A DNA stretch of 64,000 nucleotides from Balanoglossus misakiensis. Its lineage: Eukaryota; Animalia; Hemichordata. The stretch is taken from assembly GCA_040954595.2 (NCBI GenBank), contig CM082580.2:6083519-6147518 (forward strand), in the 5' to 3' direction. Shown one piece after another: positions 24,430 through 37,400 of this stretch. The notes beneath the pieces are model-generated. The model saw only the letters and a program-made list of their open reading frames with translations, had not been told where the DNA came from and did not search any database. The position numbers and the translations under genes were made by a program. How positions within the stretch are numbered: position 1 is the first letter of the stretch; every line of letters begins with the position of its first letter.

Positions 24430-26939
24430 TTCCATCTTGCTTTAATAGCAAGTGGATGAATTTACATATTCTTCCAGTGTGTCTGGGAAAAAAGTGGTGC
24501 TATTTAGGGCTATGCATAAAATTACAGAACTTACAAGGGGTATGGAGTATATGTATTTGAAATCATGTGATCACTTAGGTAACACAGCTGAGAGCAAACT
24601 AAATTTGCTATCAGCAGTGAGCCAACTTCGGTTTTGTCTGAATGCTGCATATTGTAAAGCTCTTCTTGCTGGAGTTGCAACCATAAATTGTGACAATGCA
24701 ATCAACTTCTTGTTGACACAGTACATAGATTATGCAACAGGCAGACTTACGGAGGCACATACCATGCCAGAGGACATTGCCCAGTTGGTCAGAATTAAAT
24801 AAAAATCGGTTGCATATTAAACTGAAATACCAGAGACAAATGCACTTTTAATCCCTCTCTGAGAAGATGTAGAATACATGTATTTTAAAACATGTGTTTT
24901 AATTTTGCCGGTCGCAACAATGCTAATAAATCTGCCAGTGCCATGCTTACTGATGTTATTCTTTAATCGGTGATGCAGTTGCCATTTGTTGGTCAATAAA
25001 GTGTCAGACAGGTTCAAAAACAATGTTGTCGTGGTATGATGTCTTTATTCATGCAGAACCAGCTTGCTATGTTCGGACCTATACTCCACTGACACATAAA
25101 GAGCGCTCGTATGACCCGAAATCGGGAGATCGTCTAAGCTAGTGATTCATCATTTTTAACCACCTTACAATTATTAAATAAAATACCAATATAGAATCTG
25201 TCCAAGCACCTGTGGCAAATACGGAACGCACAAGTGGAACCAACCAGAAGTTTCACAAACGGGTGTGTGTGTGTTTTGGTCAGTTTTGAGATCATTTCGT
25301 GCAGCAACATGAAGTCAAAAGCTCCCTTTGGGTTTTTTAAAGGCATTTAAACCACAGTGGTGAGGGAAGTTATTTCAATGACTGAATTTCATCTCTGATG
25401 AGGGGGGAAGTAAGTGAAACACCGACAAAAAAAAGAGAAGTTGGTGAGATATTTTCAACTTCCTCTCTCAGTGTATTAACTGATAAATGTCAGTATCTGA
25501 TAAAATCTGACTGAAATATATAAATTGGTGCATTTGAAATCAGTCATTTGTGCATGTACAGCTATACAATGTGGATACATGTATACCTGTTCTGTTGAGG
25601 CAACAAATTCGACACCACATTTGTGGAGTTCAGATATTGATGGAGAGCAGGGAGATCCTCACTGCCTGAAAAAGAAAGTGATGAGGTGGCCACACTAAAA
25701 AGCGGCGAAAATTTACCCAACCCAGGAGAAATTTGCCACTTGAATAATTTGATTATCATCCGAACTGCCCGTGAGTGGCTTGGGAAACGTGATATGGATA
25801 AGGCAGTTGACCCAAGGAAATACCTTGAAAAGGCTAGCTGATGCTGACAGTGACCGGCAACAGCACCAAGAACGTTGTGTTTAAGGTAAGTGACTTCTTT
25901 CACATGGTTCCTTCTTTATATAGTATGACATTAATATGAAAAATAATTTTTTTATGTGAAATAGCTGATTTAATCATTTTAAAGTTGGAACAAAATGTAT
26001 CTTCTACAGACGATGACGATACATGAGCATTCCAAATCTGATCGTATGTCGCCCTCTAGAGTAGTTTTACGAAGACGCATTTCTTGGCATTTTACTCACT
26101 ACGATTGTTGCATTTGTTTTATAATTCTTGCTCCAAAGAGTGTAAAAGGCCATTGACTAGAACAATTCGTTCAACTTCTTGTTTGTTAGCCTACTTTTAA
26201 CCTAAACTGACCCCTTCCTTCAGAACTCAAGAAACTTCATACCATGCGACCATGAGCGAAACTCAGTACAAAAACTGTTGCCTCATTTTGTACTCCAATT
26301 TCTTTTCCCCAGGCCAAGTCAAGATATATGAATTCTGCCACCTATCGACACATCTTAACTAATTGTGCCAATCCTGTTAAAATTTCCAGAGAAATCCGAA
26401 CTTTTCTCAGAATGATCGATCTCCTGATGCCTGCGTTTAAACTGTCAGTGAAAGAAGAAATCAAGTTCGTCATCAAATCAGACTGACCAAAATGATGCGG
26501 ATGATGACATATTTCATTAACTGTATATGTGCAAGAACAATCATGGCATTTTTGAGTCAGCAAATACTGTATACAATCAAGGACATGAACTCAAGTGATG
26601 TAGTAGTTTTTGTATTCCACTGAAATACAGTCACATTCTCAAAATCGCAAAAAATCAAATAATAACTATGTATTTGGCACAATATCTAAGCTGTAGTACT
26701 GTTTTTGTTTAACCTTAGTTACTTTTTTATTTACAAGTTTCTACAATGGGTAGATTACACTAGTTTTCTCAGTTCTTGCCTTTTTTTATTTCTTCACATT
26801 TGAAAGAAATAGTCAACCTGAAATGACATTTGCTTATATGTTTTATGTTTAAGTATTTAGTTGTTGTTGATTGGATCATGCTTTAATAAATGAGAAAGTT
26901 AGTCATTCAAGTGTTCTTGCGTAGTCTGGTTCCCTGGAG

Positions 26940-28446
26940 TGCCACGAGTTCTCACGATCTAAGCGCAACCAGCAAAAAAAAACAAAGTCGAGTTCCCGGA
27001 CATTCGACCGCTTGGTGGCGCTGTGCAAATCATATCAAATACAAACTCTGACTCAAACTAGCAAAAATCATCAAATCGAAGTTGTTTTCTTTATCGTAAA
27101 TATCGACAAGAGCACGAAGCTGAAGTCAAGACGATAGAGGTCAATGAGAATGAAAGGAGAATTGTCCATCGAGAGAATATCGGGAGGGTTGACAACAACA
27201 CGCCCTCTCTTGACAGTAATACGAAAGGTGTGAGTAACCGGCCGGCGGGTCACGTCGATCCATTACTTTGTAAATAATAAACAGAAGCAGATGGGATGTG
27301 GGAAGTGCTGTAGGGTGAGTATGATACTATCCGTTATATTTCTGTATTTTTGAGGTCATCCAAATATTGCGTCCGTACTCCAGTCAAGTTGCCTTAGCGC
27401 CGATCCTGAAATCGTTTGTCAAGAACGCGCGCTTGTACCAGAAAATTGACACTGAAGTTGAGTTTGATTTCTTCAACAAGTCCAATAGTACAAATCTTGC
27501 TGCGTGCGTGCGTGTATATTTGGTCATTGACATTGCATCAGTCAAGCATCGCCGTTTAAGTGTATCTAAACAATTGAATATCCGCCAACGCATATGAACA
27601 AGGGAAAGTGTGGTCGTCATGTGTGAAGCGATCCCCCGTTTGTCAAAGACACCACAGTCCACTCAGTCACGACAACTCTTTTACATGTAACAATACTGCC
27701 AACACCGATCCAAGGCTGGTGCTTTCCGCGTTGATCGAGTTTGTATACATATTTCAGTGTTGAAGAAGTTGGGGTCGACGGTTCTTCGCGTGGATGTGTG
27801 TGCGTGGCCTACTTCGGTACTGAGTACTTACCGATGACGTACTCAAAAATTCATAGCGTTCAGCTTTTATAAACGTAAACACACGCCGTAGCGGTTTCGA
27901 TCACGGCTTTCCCCGCCGCAATCAAATATCTCTGATGTAATCAGTACAACACTTGGGGCACGTACTCTTTTACTTTGTTTTCAGACGAAGTCAGATTATC
28001 ATAAACATAATGGTTCGCGCAGCTTTTTGAAAGACGAGGGGAAAAAACACACGATCGAGTAGCACAATCGACTCGACACGCCGTCGTTCGGTCGCTGCGT
28101 CGTTTTAAATGCTGATGTATCGCAGCGATAAACAATCGAGCTAACCTTGACACACATACTGTACTGGTAATCAATGTTTTGGCGTTCATCCCAGGTTGGG
28201 TTGTTGTGAAGTCCGATCCGGAGGTATATAAATGGATGCTTTTAACTTCTGGAGAAGATACCAAGTGGCTATGAGTGAACCACAACAGCTGTAACTTTGA
28301 ATCCGACCAGATCTCCAGGTTTGACAGTGAAATCTTAAGAAACACATTGCGGCAAAAACATACTGTACAGTGCTAAAACCGGCGTATGTTTGGGTAACAC
28401 CGATCAGGAACAACCACTGACAGGCAGCATATACACCGACTCCAGA
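26940..28446 (+). promoter_or_regulatory. CpG-richer promoter/5' UTR region of the Grb gene, possibly with non-coding first exons
   Basis: Local rise in CpG; plus-strand donor-like gtgagt sites near 27230 and 27315; lies directly upstream of the ATG at 28447. Confidence 0.4.
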
Positions 28447-31400
28447 ATGGATAATGTCGGCTGTGGCAGTTTTGAAGATGTGCTGGGAAACTTGAACGAC
28501 ATGGTGGAAGACCTCAGGTCAATTTGTCAAGTTCAAGACTCTGCAGCCCATGCCAATAACAACTCTGATGGGCTGTGCCGGGATCAAAATGGTAATTAGC
28601 AACTCCTCTTAACTTTTTTTTTAGCACCACTGCTAAACTATGATAATGCAAGTATATAGAATGTATTTATCTTGGATTTTGTGCTGCTTAACATCTCGTT
28701 ATAATGCAAAAGTACCAAAAACTGGAATCCCCAGGGGAAAAATCATAATTGTTCTATTATCACTCAGAAGTAAATCGTCATTCCAGTCAAAAGATTGTAT
28801 TGTGAGTTTAATGTGTAGAAAATAAAAACCAGTAAGTTTTAAATAAAAACAACAACATGATTTATCCCAGTACATATGTCACCATCTGATTCTTAGCAGA
28901 AAGTCACTGAAATTGCAGAATGATGTTATGGTTACAACCCATTTTAGATTTAATTAATTGCAGTGAAGTATCCGGGTAAATATATTTTCTGAAATTTAAT
29001 TAACTGCCGTAATCTTCTCTTGTAATGCTGCTTGTTTTATATTTTAATCCTAAGTAAAAGTAGATTGATTGCCCTTTCACAGGCAGATATATGATGTGCA
29101 GTGTTTTAATATCTGTAATTTGCATGTCAGTTGTGATATTGCATATTCTGACATGTCGTCGTGGCAACGCTGACTTAAAACAGATCCAGGTTTATTTTCT
29201 ATCCTAGTGCGTTCAGTTCCAGCTGGGTGTCGACTAACTTCTTCATTGTGCATGGGTGATCCATCATTTGACCCTCTGCCCTTTCTGTGAACAACAGATG
29301 TTTCGTCCCCACCTCCAAGATGTCTTACTTGTCATTGTATTTGCTGTACTCGTTTTCCATCATACAATGGACTGGACAAAATCTGCTACCTGAATTTTCT
29401 CTTCAGCCTTGCCAATCGCCTCTGTATTCCACATTTATGGTTATTGCACCTCTCAACACTTAGTGAGCCATCAATTTAGAGTCAGGAACTTCCTTCTGGC
29501 AGATGTCTTCTAAGAAGGCAGGTATACAGCAAGGTAATAACACAGGCTGTCAGACACTTGTAAATTCGCTGATTAGTTGCCTAGCGACAGGAGCTAGAGT
29601 CTGGAGATGACAGTCTTTTTGCATTTTGTCTAGCTCTCTCAAGAGGTAGTTCAGTATCATTCAGCTTTGAAATTATCTTTTGCAGCGTTATCATTCTTGC
29701 AGATGTCGGGATATTTCGATGCATGATTCTGTAATCAGAGAGCGAAAAAGATAAATTATTTATAGTCTTAGGTGGAATTGGTTGAAAAGGTCGAATGTCG
29801 CGCCCTTGATTACCATATCATTGCTAATATTAATATGCTGGTCTTGTGGAACTGACTGACCCTGGGGTCATTTTCACAAGTGCCTGAGCCTGAAAAATCA
29901 ATATTTGACTTCCAACCGCAGGTACAGAGGGTTACATTGTTGTATGCACGGCATCGTGCGGCCTAAATAGGTTTGGTTCGAACGTAATAGCCGTTCCTGA
30001 AGTCCTGGTTGCAATTAAATTGATACACTTATGGAAAATGGTTAAGTCAGTTAATAAGGGATACATTGGAGTCAATGGTTAACAATTTAGTCCCATTTCA
30101 AGGGAAGGTGGGGGGGGGGGGGATTTGTACGAATGAATATTCAATTAGGTGAAAATTTTGTCCAACTGTCACTAACCTGTTGTCGCTCTCTATGCTTCAC
30201 AATTGGGCTTGTAATCGGCCAGATAGCTTTTGTGGTACAGGTCAGAAGGTCAAACCCATGAAACCACTGAATGTAAGTTTATCTCGGTGTACAGTCTGTT
30301 GCTGTATCTGGTCAGATCTGATGGCCTGCAGTCCGACTTTACCAGCAGGTAAAACATTTTTGCAGATGGCATCCTGATTGCCGTTTTTAATGGAAATGGA
30401 TTGTAAAAATTCTCAGGTACAGCTGTCGTACATCAATATGAAATAATCAATTGACAGTGTGTGTTGATAAAGGACAAATTAAAGTGATCTATAGAAGTGG
30501 TACAAAAAAAAATCAAAAGTTGACGGTAAGGTTTCAACAAAGTAAAATAGATCTTCAATAAAACAATCTGTTTTGCGTTTTTTTAAATTTGTTTATAAAT
30601 AAATGTTAAAGAAAATCACAATTACGGTATCAGTTTTCACACTTCTTTCATACCACCTGGTGATAAATTTACAGTGAAGTTCTTCATATGTCACTTTTTC
30701 AAGTGGTTGATGTGTATATGCAATCCTTAAATTCAAGCACTGTTGTAACTGTGCCTGTGTGTACACAATCCTGTCACCCAGTTTCCTTGTACCATGTGTA
30801 GGTCCATACCACATCATTGATAACAACGGGGGTGGAAGGGGTGGGATGGGGGGTGTGGGTGGTGGACCAAATCAAGATGGGTAAAAAGGGGTGACACTGT
30901 CTATTTAGACACAAAGTAACCGTATATCCCATGATCCCCTGGTGCAGTCCAGCTGAATTTATTTTCTTGGTTGCACTGTCTTTGTTTGACATTGTAATTC
31001 TCATTCCATCTTCATAGGTAGCATGACTTCCCTGGTCAGCGGTGCCAGCATCTCGACGACGACGAACGAGGAGCAGCCCCTCCTGGCCAGGTCCAAGACG
31101 TCCAAACCTCCCGCCCTTCCGCCGAGACCGCCGGGGCTGGGCAGGAGCGTGTCCGTGCCGGTGCCTTGCAAGTCGCGTCTCACCAGGGCCAACTTTCAGA
31201 CCCAGAGGCACGACAACGAAACGAACCACGCAGTTGTTCCGGATCCCTTTCCAGAGTTAGGTGCTAAGTCGGCAAACAGCGATGATATGCAGGTAATTGT
31301 AATTCCTCAGTTCTTTATCTCAATATTTTATTAATATTAAAAATGGTGAAGTACATGTATACACAGGGACATCAGCACATCGTATCACCCAACACAACAG

Positions 31401-34400
31401 CTGCACCGAGACATGTGTCCTGAACAGCTGAAAAGCTGAAGTATTAGGGCTTGATATATAATAACATGGCTAAAAGTTATTTCTGGTTTATCATTTTTTT
31501 TTACAAAAAAGTCTTCTCGTTTTTTGGCTTTTACTGAAACATGCTAACCTCCAACAATGCAACTTAAAAAAAATTCATTTGATTTTTTGTGTGTATAAAA
31601 AGTTGTCTCATCAATTGTCAGTCATCTAAAGTCATCCATTTATAGACGATGCCACCTTAATGAGATCTTGACAACATGGTGAACTTATCCCCTTTGCGTT
31701 GTCTCCACACAGTGTGACATAATTCCGGACAGCAGGTTGCAATTGTAGCAAAAACCGATTTGAAACAATTGTTTATATGAAGCCAATTGATGCAGGATGT
31801 AATACAGGGATTAAATACAATTCAATTTGTATACACTTTTTAATTAGATTAGATAATCACACTCTTGGCGACATAATAGAAAGTTGGTTTTAAGTTTATA
31901 TGTATTTATCCCTGAGCTGTAGCTATTGCCACAGACTTGGGTTACATGTTAAAGGGACAAAGTCCCCCTCTTGCTGCCCTTTTCCCATTAATTATGGTTG
32001 ATACAAGACACCGTTTGTTATTCTACATGTGGATATATAGTGAATCAACATTCGACCACACACAACTTCCATCTCATTTGTAGTATATCCAAAGTAAAAA
32101 TCTCGGCAAATGAATAATCCTTGTTCTTTACCGTTTATTCATTTTTGCGGGATTTTTACCAATTTTTTAACTTTTGAATTTTTTTTGTCATTTTCTTCAT
32201 TTTGGTGCAAAAAAATCTTCTCTCTTGTCTGTGTTGTGCAGTTGGAATGGCCAAATAATGACTTTGTGCATTTTTTATAAATTAGACAAAAAAATGCAAT
32301 TCCACATTGTTTAGCTCAATCTCTGCACAAATAGCATATTCATAACTCGCTATCAGATCGTGTTGTCTTTACTCAATCAAACATGCAGCTGTCTTGCCCT
32401 ACAGTGCATTTTGTACGAAACATTCACATCTCATGTCGAAACTGCACCATTCAGTTATCTTCGTCACTGCTCTGATGTATTTCATTCCCATGTGTCAATC
32501 GGTGCCTTCTTCTCCAACACCATTTATCCTGCTTCGGGCACCTCGAGTCCCCAAAGGCCTTGCTTCACACATCCCACGTCATTAAATATTCATTGTTTGT
32601 GCATCGATCGCACACCTCACCGTATCTCAGAGATAGTCACTCGTTGCCATGACGTATGTTTGTCAGCTTCCAGGAAATGAGAAAAAATTGTGGCCTTCTG
32701 ATTCAATTACCCGTAATTTGCTGAGGAATGAACAGTCCAGGAAATATTGACTATGAAAGGGATGTGTCCACGCAACGGTTATTTGAACACTATCAGAAAA
32801 TTGTTTTGAAGATAAAATTCTCACAATGACTTTTGTTCTTCTCTCTCTTTCGAAATTTTTTCAGCACGACTTTCAGCTTCAAATATGCAGTCATCAAAAG
32901 GATAGGAAAGAAATGATTGCATTCAGGGGGGGGGGGGATATTTTTATAAAATAGCTCTCACCCCCAGTTCCCTCTGTAGGGGTTATTTTGTGACATGCTA
33001 AATATAGACCCAGCTCTGCACTCCTCAAAAAATTATGACTTTTTACTCTTTGTACATGTTAATTGTTATCCTGTTTAATTTAAATTCATCTGTATTTATT
33101 ATATGCTGCAGACCTGACATATAGTTTTGACCGAGTGATGACTACTCGCATTAAATTTTTAAGATTAATTAAGATCTTTAATCTGACTTTGTTTGCAAGA
33201 AAGGCACGCAGCAATCACTTTTGATCAAAAGAAACTCGCCAAGTGGCGAAAAACGTGACCAAATATGAACACTTGATTCTGGAGACTTTTTGGCGGGAGA
33301 GAAACGTCGGTTCAAGGAACTTCTTCAGACATTACTCATAGTGAGTGTGTGTAAGGTCATTGTCTGGATCTATTCATGCTGCAAGTGATAAGACGGAAAT
33401 GATTATCCTGAGACAAAAGTGGTCAAAATAACCATTGATTTTTATAAAACATCCAAAGAAAAAGAAGAGTTTATGTCAGTCACGATAGTTCGCTGGTAAC
33501 TTTTCCAACAGGGAATAACTTAGGGGGAGAGCCATTTGATTTCTAGGAGGGGTCTGTGTGAAGGATTTTTTTATTTTAAAAACATTGTTGGCAGAAAGGT
33601 GGACTGGCAATAGAATAACAGTTTGGTGTAACAGTGTGCTGACATACTCCCCCCTAAACAAATCGAATGATTCTCCCCTTAACGCAGTAGATGCATGGCG
33701 TGTATAGTGGGTATAGGGTTAAAACACAATACCAGCTTTCATCTCTAAACAAATATATATCTAGGTACTTTTCCACATGAATTACAATTTACAATACTTC
33801 ACCATTAACTGAGTCAATGGTCCGCTGCCACTTGGTGACCTTAATTAGCATTGCATCCCTCCCGTGGTGGAATCCTGTTCAGACGCCAGAAAACTTCAGC
33901 TGCCATTTCATATCCCAATTTTGCCCCCCAATCAGCGGGTCCCATGGCAACGGTGACTGCAGAGCAGGGGCATCTTTTTAATAAGTCAACATCCCGTTAA
34001 GACGTAAAACCATGACATATCAACAACATGGAAAGTATTCTGTAACATTTGATCAGTGTTTACTGTTCGGTGTGTTTCTTATGTCACAGAACGGCAGTCA
34101 ATCTCTCACCCCCCCCCCCTTCCTCCCCATCCTAGCTGCTCTCCACATCTCCCATTCCCAAACAGTTTACATCCCCAGTGCTTGTTGCTTTTTCCCTGAT
34201 AAAAACTACAGCCGTGTACTCGATCATGAGTCAGGTTTTTTTTTTTTTTACATTTTCAAAGAAACAGTCACTAGATGCGTACATGCAAGTGTGTTGGAGT
34301 TGCAAATTAACAGAAACTGTATCCATACACACGCTGAAAATTCACGTAGCAAGACAACCGACAATTGAAATGTCAGGGGTCACTAAATTACATCACTCGC

Positions 34401-37400
34401 CACGGGTCAGGGGTCATTGAAAACATATGTGGCACGTGCGTGGCGTACTACCAGATACAATGATTCATTTCAGGAGGATGATTGGTTCTTTGGTAGTCGC
34501 GAGAACAGCTGGAAATAGTTTGGATGGTGGAGACAGGAAATGGAATTGGAAGTTGAGAAGCTTGAAATTGAGTAATTTCGAAAGCGAACGGCGTGGTTGA
34601 AGGCCATGCAAGATAATTTTGTCATGGATGGTCTCCTTTACAGTTGATTATAAGTAACATTAGTATTGGGAAAGTAATATTTACCATAGAAAGATTCTGA
34701 TTTCTCTCAAATAGGAAAAAGTTTGTTTTTAAATTTACATAAATGAAGGTGCCTCCACTTGAAGTACCGTACATGGTAAAATTGGTGAAGGCCTGGTTTC
34801 CATTTTTAACAGCACACACTATTTTCTGCCCTTTCCTGCAAGAGAGACGCTATCTTTGTGGAGTGACCATAGCGTTTCAGGACAAATTTTACATACCCTG
34901 CAGCTAGCCATGTCACAAGTACAGACAGACATCAATTTCAGTATTTGCAACTCCGTATCTTGTGCACACAAGTGTTCGAATTCGCGCAATCATAGAAAAC
35001 CCAGGTTTGTTTTAAAAGCAGACAGACGTGGGCTGAGAAACACGTTGATTGGGTCTGGAGAAAAAAAAAACCCTCTCGGCTCCAAATTGAGCACACCTGT
35101 TCAAGGAGATCTTGTAAGGAGGCTGGTAATGAGAAGTAATAGCCACTCTAATTAGGAACATGCTACGGCGATAGATTTCATGGCCACTTGATACATGATG
35201 ATGATTGTCTCGCTGTGTAATGTGACACTGATGGGGATTCCCTGCTCAGTTTAATGGAGAAGACACACAAATTCTAATGGCTGATATAAAGTTGTGTTCA
35301 TCTGATCAATCTTAATGTGAAAGCAAAATAAATCTACTGGTGTTACCCCTTAACCCTTTCATCACCATGGTTCAGCCCAAACCCATGGTTTTCTATGGTA
35401 AGGTTGGACCTCTTACGAGGGAACTGGGGGTGAAAGGGTTAGGTACTGTCGTACATGGAAAGAAACCAAAATGTATACACTGTACATGTAATATCCAAAA
35501 AAGTGTTACACTGCCTACTGTACGTGGCACAGATTTGAAAAACGGATTGTTCTAGATATCGGCTTTATCGCTAAGTATGTAGTTTGCGTCAAGGTAATTT
35601 GTTCCTAAATGTGCTCATCTTGTTTCAATATTTGAAGACTAACCGTATGTTCTCGAAGACAAGAGTAATAAATATTGTCTAAAAGTACAGGAGATACTAG
35701 TTCTCATTTAATCAGGTGATCTGGTTGTCTATCAGTTGCCGCTGTATAATAGCTGTAGTGGGATATACCTTTGAGTGAATAATAAAACAATCCAACTTGC
35801 ATAAAAAAAGAATCTATTCATTCTGTTGCCATGGTTACTGAGCAATTAGCTGTATTCTCTTATTTTTTTCTCTCTCTCTCCGGCAGGATGTTAAGACGCT
35901 ATTTGACAATAACGCTAGTTATCACTCCACTGATAATGACAGGAACCTTGATGAGGTAAGTCGCTCATGAATGGAAAAGGAAGACTATTAAAAATTGCAG
36001 TCGAAATTAGTCGTTTGCGTCATCTCTTTCATGAAATCTGCCAGGTGAAACTGTGATGCAAACTTTCAACTTTTTAAGTTCCTGTTTGGTTTGTATGATA
36101 CCTGTGGGAGGTTGGGGAATAGTTTGTGCCTGTCGTCTCTATGTGTGTGTGTGTGTGTGCCCGTGTGTGCATGTATGTATGTATGTAAGTAAGTATAAGA
36201 AACCTGTATCAGACACAAAGGATAAAGTAAATTTTTTAAAAAGCTCTGATAACGTATTAAAAATGTTTCCGAAAGTATTAAAATGAGGTTCAGCCACAGT
36301 TACTTCTTTTCTGTAAATTTTTTTGCTCTCAACCGACCAATTCAGACCCTCACTGGTATTTCCGCCATCGGTGTTACCATGGCGATGTACCGCTGCTCTG
36401 TGAATCAGCTTGCAACCCGTGAGAATCGAATGGTCACCTTTTAGGGCGATGTCGTCTGAGCCCATTCATCCAGGTCTACATGTTGAACAGTGTTGCACAG
36501 TTCTCCAGAAAAATCCGCTTTTACGGACCCGAGGTTTGGCAAAAGGACAGCGAAAAAAAGAAAGAAAAAGAGCTATTAGCGCCATTAAACGCAGTGATTA
36601 TCCTCTGTATTGAACATCAAGAATTACTGCATCCCCAGTCTTGCCCCGTATATACATCAATGGAGCCACTGTGCCATTGCTTTCAATTTTCCTTGAAAAG
36701 ATATGTTTGCCCTTTTTGTTTTTTTGGGGCGAGAGATGAAACTGCATGAACACAGGAAATGATGTAAGAGGCTTGTTATGGATGGTTGGAGGTGATTTTT
36801 GGTCATTCATACCCGCTTCCTGTCGTGTGGAGCATGTATGGGGAGGATTACAGGTATATCCGAGGTCCGGAATGTGTTGACTGGCGTCAGTGTTGATGAC
36901 GTGAGATTATTCGCTGCGCAAGGTTTTAGCGATGTAGAATGTGTGTACTTATGGATGGGCAATAGCAACCGCTGAGTGGGAAGAAAAAAAGCACCTCTCG
37001 CAGAACGTGTAGCTCTGTCATATTTGATTTATCAAATTCTTCCTCCGTCACTTGAACTTTTGCATATTAGCTCATCAAACATACGTCGTAAAGCATTTTT
37101 TCTGGTTTTGACACGGCACTCACTTCAAGGTACAATATGTGCAGCTGATATAGCGATGTTGAACTGAAAATTTGCTTGGGAAAAGAAAACGGTGCAAACT
37201 GTTTGTGGCATAATTAACATAAGGATGTTACTAAGACTTGCAATGCACAAATTTCAACGAGAAATGATTCATTTTCCCCCTGCAAAATGGGGCTAAAGGT
37301 TGATTTGTCTATTGGTCCGTGTAGATGCACGTCACATGACCAATGTACAAATAACCATTGTGTACTGTACACGATCAGGTTCCCCTATATCAGGGCTTTT

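Noticed and set aside
27826-27854. Minus-strand GTAAGT donor near the Grb promoter as a distal Cobl first exon
   Set aside because: The upstream ATG frame hits TGA at codon 4; a non-coding exon cannot be judged from sequence alone.
30774-31229. 151-aa minus-strand ORF
   Set aside because: Antisense shadow of the GC-rich Grb exon 31018-31292.
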